From positions 64,001-128,000 of the forward strand of contig NZ_JAQNDL010000002.1 in NCBI RefSeq assembly GCF_028368995.1: a DNA stretch of 64,000 nucleotides. Direction: 5' to 3'. The notes under the pieces were generated by a model, which saw only the letters and a program-made list of their open reading frames with translations, had not been told where the DNA came from and did not search any database. Shown in pieces: positions 1-9,615 of this stretch (positions are counted from its first letter, which is position 1; the number at the start of each line of letters is the position of its first letter). Both the position numbers and the translations under genes were made by a program. This stretch comes from Nannocystis bainbridge (GTDB lineage: Bacteria > Myxococcota_A > Polyangia > Nannocystales > Nannocystaceae).

Positions 1-134
1 GCAGGCGGGCGGTCGAAGGCCTCGGCGAGGGCGATCCCGCAGGAGCGGTGGGCGGTGAGCACGCCTTCGTAAAGGACGAGGGCCTTGCTGCGAATGGGGC
101 CGCGAATGGGGCCGCGAGGAGTGCTGCCGCTCAT
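1..134 (-). CDS. partial hypothetical protein (N-terminus; runs off the window)
   Basis: ATG at 134 reading MSGSTPRGPIRGPIRSKALVLYEG..., open to the edge, divergent from the amidohydrolase. Confidence 0.45.
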   Translation of the reverse strand, partial: MSGSTPRGPIRGPIRSKALVLYEGVLTAHRSCGIALAEAFDRPP

Positions 135-209
135 GAACCCCAGGATGCGCGCCGGGGCGGACGCGGGCAAGCGGTCGCGTCGGCGCGGAGGATGGATTAG
201 CTTGCTGCC

Positions 210-1394
210 ATGTCCTGGACCGACCCGCGCGCCGAGATCGAGGCGCTGACCGAGCGTCTGCGAGAGATCCGCCACGACCTCCATCGCCATCCGGAGCTCG
301 GCTTCGAGGAGGTTCGCACGCAAGCGCTGGTCCGCGCGTGGCTCGAGGAGCGCGGGTATCAGCCGCGCAATTGCGCGGAGACGGGGCTCGTCGCCGACCT
401 GCACCCGGGCGCGCAAGGACCGACGATCGCGCTGCGCGCCGACCTCGATTGCCTGCCGATGCTCGAGACCACCGACCTGCCGCATCGCTCGCTGCATTCA
501 GGGCGCGCGCACAAGTGCGGGCACGACGGGCACACGGCGATCCTGCTCGGGGTGGCCGACATCCTCGCGCGTCACCGCGAGTCGGTGGGCGGCAACATCC
601 GCCTGCTCTTTCAGCCAGCCGAGGAGGGGGTCCGCGGCGGCGGGGCCAAGGTGATGGTGGCAGAGGGCGCGCTGGCCGGGGTGCGCGAGATCTACGGGCT
701 CCACAACTGGCCGGCGTACCCCAAGGGCGAGCTGCGGGTGCAGGCCGGGCCGATGATGGCGCAGGTCCACATGCTGGCGCTCACGATCCGCGGCAAGGGC
801 GGGCACGGCAGTCAGCCGCAATTGTGTCGCGACCCGATCGTGGCCGGCGCTCACCTGGTGACGGCGCTGCAGACGGTGGTCTCGCGCGGGCTCGGCTACG
901 TCGGCGGGGCGGTGGTGTCGATCACCCAATTCTCGGCGGGCACGACGCACAACGTGATCCCCGACGTCGCGCGGCTGCAAGGCACGATTCGCACGTTCGA
1001 GCCGAGCATCACCGAGCGGGTGCTGGAGCGCGTGCGCGAGGTGGTGAGCGGCACGGCGGCGACGTTCGCGGTCGACATCGAACTCGAGGTCGAGGTCGGC
1101 TACCCGGTGACGATGAACGAGGCGAATTGCGCAGAGGCGGTGGCCCGCGTCGGCGCCGCCGTGCTCGGCCGCGAACGGGTGTCGAACGCGGGCCTGCCGC
1201 TGGCGGGCGGGGAGGACTTCGCCTACTTCGCGCAGGCCGTGCCGGCGGCGTACTTCTTCCTCGGGGCCCGCCGCGGCGACGAAGACACGCCAGTCTGCCA
1301 CCACCCCGACTTCGATTTCGACGACGACCTGATCCCGACGGGCGTGGCGATGTTCCTCGGCATCGTCCGCGATCGCCTCGCGGCGCTGGCATGA
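210..1394 (+). CDS. M20D family amidohydrolase (hippurate hydrolase-like)
   Basis: HRHPELGFEE, LRADLDCLP, HKCGHDGH, FQPAEEG, GGEDFAYF, HHPDFD motifs. Confidence 0.93.
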   Translation: MSWTDPRAEIEALTERLREIRHDLHRHPELGFEEVRTQALVRAWLEERGYQPRNCAETGLVADLHPGAQGPTIALRADLDCLPMLETTDLPHRSLHSGRAHKCGHDGHTAILLGVADILARHRESVGGNIRLLFQPAEEGVRGGGAKVMVAEGALAGVREIYGLHNWPAYPKGELRVQAGPMMAQVHMLALTIRGKGGHGSQPQLCRDPIVAGAHLVTALQTVVSRGLGYVGGAVVSITQFSAGTTHNVIPDVARLQGTIRTFEPSITERVLERVREVVSGTAATFAVDIELEVEVGYPVTMNEANCAEAVARVGAAVLGRERVSNAGLPLAGGEDFAYFAQAVPAAYFFLGARRGDEDTPVCHHPDFDFDDDLIPTGVAMFLGIVRDRLAALA

Positions 1395-2206
1395 CGGGGC
1401 GCCCGATCGCCATCGTGACAGGAGCGTCGGCGGGGCTCGGCGAGGCGTTCGCGCGGGCGATCGCAGCGCACCCGGCGTTCGCCGACCTGGCGCAGATCTG
1501 GCTGGTCGCACGCCGCGAGCAGCGCCTGCACGCGATCGCGCGCGAGCTGCCGCGCGGGCTCGGGGTGCCGCTCACGGCCGACCTGGCGGCGCCGGGCGGC
1601 GTCGAGGCCGTGCTCGCGCGGGTGCGTGACGAACGACCTGCGGTGCGCCTGTTCGTGGCCAGCGCCGGTGTCGGTCACCTCGGGCCATTCGCCGACCAGG
1701 ACGCCGAGTCGCTGGCGCGTTTGCTCGACCTGAACATTCGCGCACTTTCCTTGCTGACACACGGGCTTTTGCCGTCGATGTCGCGCGGCTCGAAAGTGGT
1801 GCTGGTGGCATCGGCGGCGGGGTATGTGCCTTCGCCCTATTTCACCGCCTATGCAGCCAGCAAGAGCTTCGTGATCTCGCTGGCGTATGCGCTGCGGGAG
1901 GAGCTGCGACCGCGTGGCATCGACGTGTGCGCGGTGTGTCCAGGGCCGGTGGCGACCGAGTTCTTCGCGGCCGCCGGCGTGCATGGGCCGATCTCCGGCG
2001 CCGCGGATCCCGAGCGGGTGGTGGCCCTAGCGCTGCGCGACGCCTTGCGAGGAAGGGCCGTATCGCACGACGGCGTGGCCTCGGCTGCGGTGGCGCTGCT
2101 CGCCCGCGTGTTGCCACGGCGGACGCTCGCCTGGCTCGCCGGGCGCCGCAATGTGCGACGTTCTCCCGTCGCTGGTGCCACCGGCGGCGGATCCGAGAGC
2201 GCGTAA
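1391..2206 (+). CDS. short-chain dehydrogenase/reductase
   Basis: TGASAGLG Rossmann motif, YAASK catalytic motif, CPGPVAT; ATGA overlap with the upstream stop. Confidence 0.9.
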   Translation: MTGRPIAIVTGASAGLGEAFARAIAAHPAFADLAQIWLVARREQRLHAIARELPRGLGVPLTADLAAPGGVEAVLARVRDERPAVRLFVASAGVGHLGPFADQDAESLARLLDLNIRALSLLTHGLLPSMSRGSKVVLVASAAGYVPSPYFTAYAASKSFVISLAYALREELRPRGIDVCAVCPGPVATEFFAAAGVHGPISGAADPERVVALALRDALRGRAVSHDGVASAAVALLARVLPRRTLAWLAGRRNVRRSPVAGATGGGSESA

Positions 2207-2306
2207 AATCCGGGGTCGGGCGAGAAAGCGAGCGGGCGAAAACCCCAGGATTGCCAAGCGCGAGGCCCCGTGCAAAAACCATATCCCCGAGGCCCTTCGG
2301 GCCTTC

Positions 2307-3671
2307 ATGTCTAACTTTCCCATGTCTTCTCTCCCCCAACTCGACGCGATCGCGACCCTGCTGAACCAGGGCGCCGCGGATTCGGCAGTCCGCTTGTTGC
2401 GAAGCTGTTGGGAGCCCGACCTCCCGCCGGACGACCTCGTGCGGATGTATTGCATGTGGGTCCGCGGGCTGTGCGAGACCGGTGAACTCGACCACGCGCT
2501 GACGCTCGCGCGACGGGCCGCCAACGAGTTCCCGCGCGAGGCCGATGTCCTGATCGCGCTCGGCAACGTGCAAGATTTGGTCGGCGATCTCGAGAAGGCC
2601 CGCGAGGCGTTCGAGGCGGCGATCGACAACGACCCGATCGGCGGCCTGCAGCACTACAACCTCGGCGCGGTGCTCGAGCGGCTCGGGCGCGAGATGGACG
2701 CCGAGGTCTGTTATCGCCGGGCCAACGAGTGCGACCCGCACGGCGGGATGTTCGAGGCGATCGCGGCGCTGGGGGCTCTGCTGCGCCGCCAGGGCCGGCT
2801 CGAAGAGGCCGAACAGATCTACGACCTGTACCTCAGCGACGATTCGATCAACGTCGAGATCCTGGTCGAGCACGGCATCTGTCTGTCCGACCTCGACCGC
2901 CTCGACGAGGCGATCGATCGCTTCGACTTCGCGCTCAGCCTCGACCCCGAGAACGCCGGGGCGCAGTACAACAAGGCGATCACGCTGTACCGCCTGGGCC
3001 GCTACGAGCAGGCCCTGGGCGCGCTCGAGCGGGCGCGTCAGCTCGACAAGGGCAACGCGCTGACGCTGGCGGTGCTCGGCGGGTGGCGGCTGTCGGCGGC
3101 CGACTGCGACCTCGACGAGGCGCTCGGGCTGCTGTACGGCGCGCTCGAGCTGCTCGAGCGGCGCTACGCGCAGGACCCGGGCCAGCTCGGCTACTGCAGC
3201 CTGGTGGCCGAGGAGATCTTCGAGGCGCTGTGGCAGAACGGGCGCCAGGGCGAGGCGCGCGAGGTGGCGCGGCTGGCCGGTCAGCGCGAGTGGATCACGC
3301 CGCACATCCTCGATTGCCTCAACGAGGCCGACCACGGGCGCTCGCCGCAGGTCAGCATGTACACGGTGGTCGCGCGCGCGGAGGCCGGCGAGCGGCCCGA
3401 GCACTGGCCCGAGAACACCGACGGCTACACCACGGGCCTGACGGTGCTGGCGACCGACGAGAACGAGGCGCGCGAGTTCTGCCTGCAATACCTGCGGTCG
3501 ATCGAGCCCTCGCCCAGCATTCGCTTCACCCTCGACGTCGTCCCCCCGCAGTCGCCGACCGATCCGAGCCCGACGCTCGAGATGATGGCCGAGCTGCGCG
3601 GGGCGATGCAGCCGCGGCCGCGCGGCGTCGCGCGAGTCCACGGCCAGCGGGCCTATACGTTCCGGACTTGA
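2307..3671 (+). CDS. tetratricopeptide repeat protein
   Basis: Several TPR-like helix pairs (HYNLGAVLERLGR, QYNKAITLYRLGRYEQA); start 2307 or 2322. Confidence 0.85.
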   Translation: MSNFPMSSLPQLDAIATLLNQGAADSAVRLLRSCWEPDLPPDDLVRMYCMWVRGLCETGELDHALTLARRAANEFPREADVLIALGNVQDLVGDLEKAREAFEAAIDNDPIGGLQHYNLGAVLERLGREMDAEVCYRRANECDPHGGMFEAIAALGALLRRQGRLEEAEQIYDLYLSDDSINVEILVEHGICLSDLDRLDEAIDRFDFALSLDPENAGAQYNKAITLYRLGRYEQALGALERARQLDKGNALTLAVLGGWRLSAADCDLDEALGLLYGALELLERRYAQDPGQLGYCSLVAEEIFEALWQNGRQGEAREVARLAGQREWITPHILDCLNEADHGRSPQVSMYTVVARAEAGERPEHWPENTDGYTTGLTVLATDENEAREFCLQYLRSIEPSPSIRFTLDVVPPQSPTDPSPTLEMMAELRGAMQPRPRGVARVHGQRAYTFRT

Positions 3672-3817
3672 GCCGGCCTGAGCCGCAGTCGGCTTCGCTT
3701 ATCGGCGTTCACACGGTCTTCGCATCGGGCAGGGCCGGCGGACGCTGGCGCGGGGGACACCCCTGTGCGACGCTGTCGCGGTCGACTGCTTTGATTTACG
3801 AGATGCGGAGATTGGCG

Positions 3818-5623
3818 ATGCGAAATTCACTACTGCTGACGGCGGCGCTCGGCGCTGCGTGGACCCTGGCGACGCCGCAGACGGCCGAGGCCTGTGGCGG
3901 CGTGTTCTGCGACGGCGGGCTGCCGAACTCGATGCCCGTCAACCAGGACGGCGAGAACGTGCTGTTCGTGCTCGACCAGAACGAGGTCGAGGTCCACATC
4001 CAGATCAGCATCGATCCCAACACCAACGCGCAGAAGTTCGCGTGGCTGATCCCGATCGCCCAGATCCCCGAGTTCGAGGTCGGCTCGCAGCCCTTGTTCG
4101 ACGCGCTGCTGAACTCGTCGGTGCCGACCTACCAGGTCCAGCAGACCTTCGAGGTGTGCGGCGAGGACGGCATCTCCGGCGGCATCACGACCAACGCGAC
4201 CGGCACCGGCGCGCCCGGTGACTCGGCCGGCGGTAGTACCAGCGGCGACGATTCGGACGGCGGCGAGGACCCGGTGCTGTTCAAGACCACCGCCGGCGCG
4301 TTCGAGATCGTGGTCCTGCAGGACAAGCAGATCGGGCCGATCAAGGACTGGCTGGTCAACAACGATTACCAGTGGATCGACGGCTCGGAGACGGTGCTGC
4401 AGCAGTACCTCGACGAGGGCCAGGTGATCGTCGCGCTCAAGCTGGCGGCCGGGTCCGACGGCGGTGACGTGCACCCGATCGTGCTGCGCTACCCGTCGAA
4501 CGAGAACTGCTTCCCGCTGCGGCTGACGCGGTTCGCGTCGATCGAGAACATGGACATCCGCGTGTTCGTGCTCGGCGACAAGCGGGCGGCGCCGACCAAC
4601 TACCGCCACGTCCTCGTCAACCCGCTGAAGATCGACTGGCTGTCGTTCGCGACCAACTACAAGGAGGTCATCACCAAGGCGGTCGACGACCTCGAGGCCG
4701 ACGGGCTGGCGTTCGTGACCGAGTTCGCCGGGGCGTCGAGCGTGGTCCAGCCGTTCGCGTTCAACTTCTACAGCACGTCGTGGAACGAGGCGGCGTTCAT
4801 CGGCATCCCGCCCGAGCAGGTGGTCCAGGTGCTGAACGAGCAGGGGCTGACGCAGTGCTTCGACCCCGAGTTCTGCTTCTACAACCACCCGCTGGTCGAG
4901 AGCCTGCTGAACGATTTCCTGCCGGTGCCCGACGGCCTGACGGCGGAGGAGTTCTACTGGAACCTGCCCGCCTACGTCGACCAGATCGACGCGATGGCGT
5001 GGGGCGACGGCAGCGCGTTCGCGCAGGCGCTCGACAGCCGGATCATCGCGCCGGGCGAGCACGCGCAGGAGCTGATCGACACGTATCCGTACCTGACGCG
5101 CATGTACACGGTGATCTCGCCCAACGAGATGATCGCGGACCCGATCTTCCACATCAACCCGGACCTGCCCGACGTGGCGAGCTTCCGCTCGGCGACCGAG
5201 TACAACCTGTGCGACGGCAACAGCGTGGTGACGCTGCCCGACGAGCGCGAGATCTTCGTGCCGAACGGCGGGCCGTGGCCGGAGTTCATCGGCGAGATGT
5301 GGTGGGCCGAGGAGGTCCAGCAGGTCGCCCTCAAGGGCAAGCCGATGCACCTCGTCAACAACACCGCGGCGATCAACAAGAAGATCGAGGAGTGGAACCT
5401 GGCCCACGGTTGGCCGCGCTTCCCCGACGCGCCGACGACCAGCGCCAGCGACACGGACACCGACGGCTCGGGCTCGAGCGGCGGGCCCGACTCTGCCACC
5501 GGCGGGGGACAGAACGACAGCAGCGGCTGCGGCTGCCGCAGCGACGGGACCCCGGGCGCCGGGATGCTGGCGCTCGTGGGGCTGGGGCTGCTGGCGCAGC
5601 GGCGCCGGCGAACCCGCGGCTGA
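3818..5623 (+). CDS. DUF2330-like exported protein with MYXO-CTERM sorting signal
   Basis: Signal peptide ending AEA-CGGVFC, FAWLIP, PLRLT motifs; C-terminal GCGCR, hydrophobic segment, RRRR; GGAG RBS. Confidence 0.85.
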   Translation: MRNSLLLTAALGAAWTLATPQTAEACGGVFCDGGLPNSMPVNQDGENVLFVLDQNEVEVHIQISIDPNTNAQKFAWLIPIAQIPEFEVGSQPLFDALLNSSVPTYQVQQTFEVCGEDGISGGITTNATGTGAPGDSAGGSTSGDDSDGGEDPVLFKTTAGAFEIVVLQDKQIGPIKDWLVNNDYQWIDGSETVLQQYLDEGQVIVALKLAAGSDGGDVHPIVLRYPSNENCFPLRLTRFASIENMDIRVFVLGDKRAAPTNYRHVLVNPLKIDWLSFATNYKEVITKAVDDLEADGLAFVTEFAGASSVVQPFAFNFYSTSWNEAAFIGIPPEQVVQVLNEQGLTQCFDPEFCFYNHPLVESLLNDFLPVPDGLTAEEFYWNLPAYVDQIDAMAWGDGSAFAQALDSRIIAPGEHAQELIDTYPYLTRMYTVISPNEMIADPIFHINPDLPDVASFRSATEYNLCDGNSVVTLPDEREIFVPNGGPWPEFIGEMWWAEEVQQVALKGKPMHLVNNTAAINKKIEEWNLAHGWPRFPDAPTTSASDTDTDGSGSSGGPDSATGGGQNDSSGCGCRSDGTPGAGMLALVGLGLLAQRRRRTRG

Positions 5624-5712
5624 GATCGATGACCGCGCAGGGCCGCCCTCGAAGCGGTCCTGCGCACGGTTCAGGCATGGCGGGCTCGTGAGACGTGGCC
5701 TTCAGTGAATCG

Positions 5713-5840
5713 CCGCGAACAAGGACCGACGCGCTGGGCCCTGACGGCCGCGCCGAACCCGTGACCCGGCGCCTCGGGCCGCGAAGAAGGGTCGACGCGC
5801 AGGGCCCCTGGCGACCGCGCCGAACCGTGACCGACACCTC
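5713..5840. repeat. imperfect 66-bp direct repeat, two copies
   Basis: ccgcgaa.aagg..cgacgcgc.gggccc...g.ccgcgccgaacc(c)gtgacc at 5713 and 5779. Confidence 0.7.
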
Positions 5841-5878
5841 ACGGCGGGTCCTTCGGCGAGCCGCCTGCCTGGCGCCTG

Positions 5879-5944
5879 GGGCATGTCCGTACGGACATGC
5901 CTTTTAGAGCATGTCTCTCCGGGCATGTCCGCGGGGACATGCCC
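5879..5944. repeat. 14-bp-period RRRCATGYYY array, 5 units
   Basis: CATG at 5882, 5896, 5910, 5924, 5938; between convergent genes. Confidence 0.9.
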
Positions 5945-5950
5945 CGGAGG

Positions 5951-6772
5951 TCAGCCGACCGGGGCGTTGGCGATCCGGTGGACCAGCCAGAACAGGTTGG
6001 GGCCGTGGCGGTCGGGCAGCTCGCGGCGGACCGCGCGGAGGCTGTCGCACAGGGTCTCGAGGCCGCGGTCGAGGACGGAGGCGCGGCGGGCCTCGAGGCG
6101 CTGACCGACGCCGATCGGCTGCCAGCTGGTGCCCCACGGGATCGCCCACGTCAGGACGCGGTCGCCTGCGCGCAGGGCCTGCGACAGGTTGCTGTCGGTG
6201 AGCGCGACCGGCTCGTCGCGCAGGAGGTCCTTGCCGCGCACGCGCTGCTTGCCGGGGTTCACGTCGTCGACGGTGACCAGCAGCAGTCGCGCCTGCAGGC
6301 AGGCGTCGAGGGCGGCGCGCTGGCGGCCGTCGAGCGGCAGGCCGGCGCTGGCGAACATGTCGACCAGGCGGATGCCCTTGGGGTCGCGGTAGCCGTAGAG
6401 GCAGAAGGTCTGGGCGGCCCGGCGCAGGTCGGCGTTGTTCTTCTCGGCCGGGGTGGCGGCGCCGAAGAAGCCGTTCATCACCTGGGTGACGAACGGGCCG
6501 AAGCGACGGGTGGCGAAGCTGCCGAGCATCGTCTCGACGCGCTCGAAGTCGCCGCGCTCGTAGCGGCCGAACTTCGGGGTGAGCGGCCGCTCGCTCGTCA
6601 GCGGCGCCGCGGGAGCGGGGTTGCGCGCGCGCGCGTCCACCTGCGCCTGCGCGAGCTCCTGCTCGGAGGTGAGGAACGGGCCGGTGCCGCGACGCTTGCG
6701 CCGCGAGTCCGAGCGAGTTGCGGCCGCGGCGGGCGGCTCCGGGGTGCCGGGTTGTTCGGGTGTGTCGGTCAT
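5951..6772 (-). CDS. hypothetical protein (C-terminal half resembles the beta-rich domain of SEC-C-associated proteins)
   Basis: ATG overlaps the upstream stop; pattern VDDVNPG..RGKDLL..EP.....LS..L..GD. Confidence 0.65.
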   Translation of the reverse strand: MTDTPEQPGTPEPPAAAATRSDSRRKRRGTGPFLTSEQELAQAQVDARARNPAPAAPLTSERPLTPKFGRYERGDFERVETMLGSFATRRFGPFVTQVMNGFFGAATPAEKNNADLRRAAQTFCLYGYRDPKGIRLVDMFASAGLPLDGRQRAALDACLQARLLLVTVDDVNPGKQRVRGKDLLRDEPVALTDSNLSQALRAGDRVLTWAIPWGTSWQPIGVGQRLEARRASVLDRGLETLCDSLRAVRRELPDRHGPNLFWLVHRIANAPVG

Positions 6773-8124
6773 GGTTGCATTCCAGCGCAGGCGCCGTCGA
6801 AGGCGAGCCGCGGCAGCGCGAGCCCCAGGCTGGCGTTCGGGGCGGCCAGCGCCGGCTCGTCGCCGTTGCCGTAGCAAGCGACGTCGGAGTCGGGCGCGAG
6901 CCCCTCGACGCGCAGATACAGCTCTTCGTGGGCCATCGGCGCGTCGTCCCACACCAGCGGCTCGATGCGGGGCAGACCGCCGAGGGTGGCGCAGGGGACG
7001 GTGGCGACGCCGTCGAGCACGATCGGCGGGTCGCCGCCGTCGCGCAACGCCGCGGTCGGGACGACCTCGAGGTCGGCGTCGAGCACGGTGACGCGGACGC
7101 GGTCGATCACGAGGCCCGGCTCCGGCTCGCAGGTCGTGAGGGGCAGCTGCTCGGAGCCGCTGAGGAACGCCAGCGAGAACTCGAAGCCAGCCTCGATCGG
7201 CGCGAGGAAGCTGGCGATCGTGAAGTCGGCGACGAGGTCGACGCTCTGGAAGCCCTCGGGCGCGAGGGTGAAGGTGGTGATGTCGAGGTCGAGCGTCGGG
7301 ACGGCGAGCACCTTGCCGCCCGGGCCGAGGCCGGTGACCGAGAGGGTGTAGTCGCCGGGATCGAGCGACTCGGTGAAGGTCTGGGCGGTGGTGGTGCAGG
7401 GGAAGCGGAGCTGCTTGGTCGTCGGCCCGGTGATGGCGAGCTCGATCTCGCTGAGGCCGAGGCCGTTGCAATAGGCGCTCGGGTTGCCGCCCATCAGCCG
7501 CGGGCGCACCACGACCTGCGCTCCGGCGCTGTCGCCGACCTCGAGGCCAGTGCGGTCGCCGGCGCACGAGGGGTCGGCGAGGTCGGTGTAGCCGTCGCGG
7601 TCGTTGTCGATGCCGTCGCTGCACTGCGGCGCGCCGACGATGACGAACTCGGGCAGCCGCTGGCCCTCGCCGGTCTCGCGGATCACGACGTCCTGGGCCG
7701 CGGAGGCGAGGACTTTTTTGCAGGAGGTGTCGATCTCGCTGCCGTCGGTGTCGGCGTCGGGATCGGCGGGCTCGTCGGCGCAGAACTGGACGCCGCGGCG
7801 ACCCAGGGCGGTGACGGTGACGCTGTAGGCGCCGGCTCCGACCTCCGGCCCCGGGGCGCGCGCTTCAGGGTCGTCGAAGCCGGCGGGGAAGCAGGGGAAC
7901 TCGCGCTCGTCGATCAGGGTGTCGGCGCCGTCGCGGGTGCTGATGCGGATCCGGCTGATGCCGAGCTGGGAGCACTGGTCGACGGAGACGAGCCCGCGGG
8001 GCTCGCGGACGTCGACGTCGGTGAGCGGCTGCAAGCGCCAGCGGACCCAGAAGCTGGGGTCCTCCGCGCAGCCGACCGCGGCGACGGACGCGAGCGCGAG
8101 GGGAGCGAGGCGGGCGCGGAGCAT
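6769..8124 (-). CDS. Cys-rich lipoprotein with repeated beta-sandwich-like domains and a CSDGIDNDxDG Ca/metal-binding motif
   Basis: Lipobox AVGC; repeated C..LG...I....FPC...GxY..V..LG; CSDGIDNDRDGYTDLADPSC. Confidence 0.75.
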   Translation of the reverse strand: MLRARLAPLALASVAAVGCAEDPSFWVRWRLQPLTDVDVREPRGLVSVDQCSQLGISRIRISTRDGADTLIDEREFPCFPAGFDDPEARAPGPEVGAGAYSVTVTALGRRGVQFCADEPADPDADTDGSEIDTSCKKVLASAAQDVVIRETGEGQRLPEFVIVGAPQCSDGIDNDRDGYTDLADPSCAGDRTGLEVGDSAGAQVVVRPRLMGGNPSAYCNGLGLSEIELAITGPTTKQLRFPCTTTAQTFTESLDPGDYTLSVTGLGPGGKVLAVPTLDLDITTFTLAPEGFQSVDLVADFTIASFLAPIEAGFEFSLAFLSGSEQLPLTTCEPEPGLVIDRVRVTVLDADLEVVPTAALRDGGDPPIVLDGVATVPCATLGGLPRIEPLVWDDAPMAHEELYLRVEGLAPDSDVACYGNGDEPALAAPNASLGLALPRLAFDGACAGMQP

Positions 8125-8134
8125 CAGGGCCGGT

Positions 8135-8893
8135 CTATCCGTCACAGGCGGGGTTTTCAAGGTCCAGGGCGATCTGGACGGGTGAGTCTTCGATGGCGAG
8201 GGCGCGCGAGCAGGTCCGGCCGTCGATCTCGAGATCGAGGCGGTAGCGCCCGGGGTCGAGGCCCTGCACGCGGTGGGCGCCCGCGAGGCCGGTGCAGGGC
8301 TGCGACTGACCGCCGAGGCGCAGGCCGCGATCGCTGGCGAGGGCCTGGCGATAGAGCGCGGGCGGCTCGTCGCCCTCGGCGAGGAACAGATCGGCAGCGG
8401 GGTCGGCGTAGCGCAGGGCGACGGTGAGGTCGCCGCACGCGCCGGTCAGGGCGAGGTCGAGCTGTTGCGGCGGGCGCTGCAGCTCGAGGTCGACGAGGGT
8501 GATCGCGTGGCTCTCGACCTCGCCGACGGCCAACGCGATGGCGAGCGGCGCGTCGTCGGTGGCCCGACCGCTGGCCGTCAGGTCGTAGGTGCCGGCCCGC
8601 AGGTCGAGGAAGATCTCCGGCGTCTCGACCGTCCGCGCCGCTGGCGAGATGTTGCCGGCCTCACACGCATAGGCGAACACGCGGTCGCGTGCGGGGTCGG
8701 CGGCGTCGACCACCTGCACGGCCACCCGGGACAGGCCCGTGCCGAGGCAGGTGCGCGCCCGGCGAGCTTCGGGGCCGTCGACGGCGTTGACCTCGCGCGC
8801 GCTCCACGTCAGCTCGAGGCCGGTGGCCCCGCCCGCGGGCAAGACGCACGCCGGCCCCAAGAGCCAGGTCCCTAGGAGCAACCGGCGCAGCAT
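8135..8893 (-). CDS. lipoprotein, same domain family as neighbours
   Basis: MLRRLLLGTWLLGPAC lipobox; TCLGTGLSRV..YACEAG..LRAGTYDL. Confidence 0.72.
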   Translation of the reverse strand: MLRRLLLGTWLLGPACVLPAGGATGLELTWSAREVNAVDGPEARRARTCLGTGLSRVAVQVVDAADPARDRVFAYACEAGNISPAARTVETPEIFLDLRAGTYDLTASGRATDDAPLAIALAVGEVESHAITLVDLELQRPPQQLDLALTGACGDLTVALRYADPAADLFLAEGDEPPALYRQALASDRGLRLGGQSQPCTGLAGAHRVQGLDPGRYRLDLEIDGRTCSRALAIEDSPVQIALDLENPACDG

Positions 8894-9534
8894 CCCACGA
8901 GGTCCATGACGGTGCGGCCCTGCTCGGACGGCTCCTGCACGCAGGCGTCGAGGCCGGTGAGCACGAACAGGTAGACTTGGAGGTCGGTGAGGAGGCCCGG
9001 CTCGACGGTGCGGCTGCGCGGGCCAGGGGTGAGGGCGCAGGCTGGGCCGAGCTCGCAGACGCATCCATCGGCGAATTGGGCGACCACGCCGACCTCGAAG
9101 TCGTAGGGCTCCTGCTCGCGGGCGGTGACGATGGAGAACCCGCGCGCGGCCTTGCAATCGTACGTGAGCACGTCGACCTGGCAAGATTCGTCGGTGGCGC
9201 AGGCCTGCGGGCAGTCCGGCTCGCACAGGCGGAGCTGGGCATGCAACTGATAGGGTTTGCGCGGGCCGTCGGCGGTGACGCGGCCGATGAAGCCGCACAG
9301 GTCGCCGAACCTGGCGGCGTCGGCGTCACAATTGTCGATGTCGTCCAGCTCGCCGGCGGGGAAGATCGAGCGGCCGGCGGCGTCGACGACGGTCCAGTTC
9401 AGCTCGACCTCGCCTTTGTCGCGCACGCAGGCGGCGATCGTGACGAGCGCGAGGATCGCTCCTACCGCCGGGCTCGGGCGCCGCCGCAGGGGCGAGGCGG
9501 GCGCGGGCGCGAGCGCGTGGGCGGGGCGAGGCAC
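8872..9534 (-). CDS. Cys-rich lipoprotein
   Basis: LVTIAAC lipobox, GEVELNW, many Cys; GTG start with TGcTATCCT 6 bp upstream. Confidence 0.7.
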   Translation of the reverse strand: MPRPAHALAPAPASPLRRRPSPAVGAILALVTIAACVRDKGEVELNWTVVDAAGRSIFPAGELDDIDNCDADAARFGDLCGFIGRVTADGPRKPYQLHAQLRLCEPDCPQACATDESCQVDVLTYDCKAARGFSIVTAREQEPYDFEVGVVAQFADGCVCELGPACALTPGPRSRTVEPGLLTDLQVYLFVLTGLDACVQEPSEQGRTVMDLVGCCAGCS

Positions 9535-9615
9535 GGCCGGAGGATAGCAAAACCGGCGTCGTCGGGGGCGGCCCGCGGTTTGACGGGGCCGGGCGGGGGC
9601 GTGTAGCCTGCCGGC
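9535..9615. promoter_or_regulatory. divergent promoter region, tolQ / lipoprotein operon
   Basis: Plus strand TTGACG(9580)-N18-TAGCCT(9604), 6 bp before GTG; minus strand extended -10 TGcTATCCT 6 bp before GTG. Confidence 0.5.

Noticed and set aside
90-117. 12-bp tandem duplication (RGPI twice)
   Set aside because: Trivial in-frame slippage at an N-terminus
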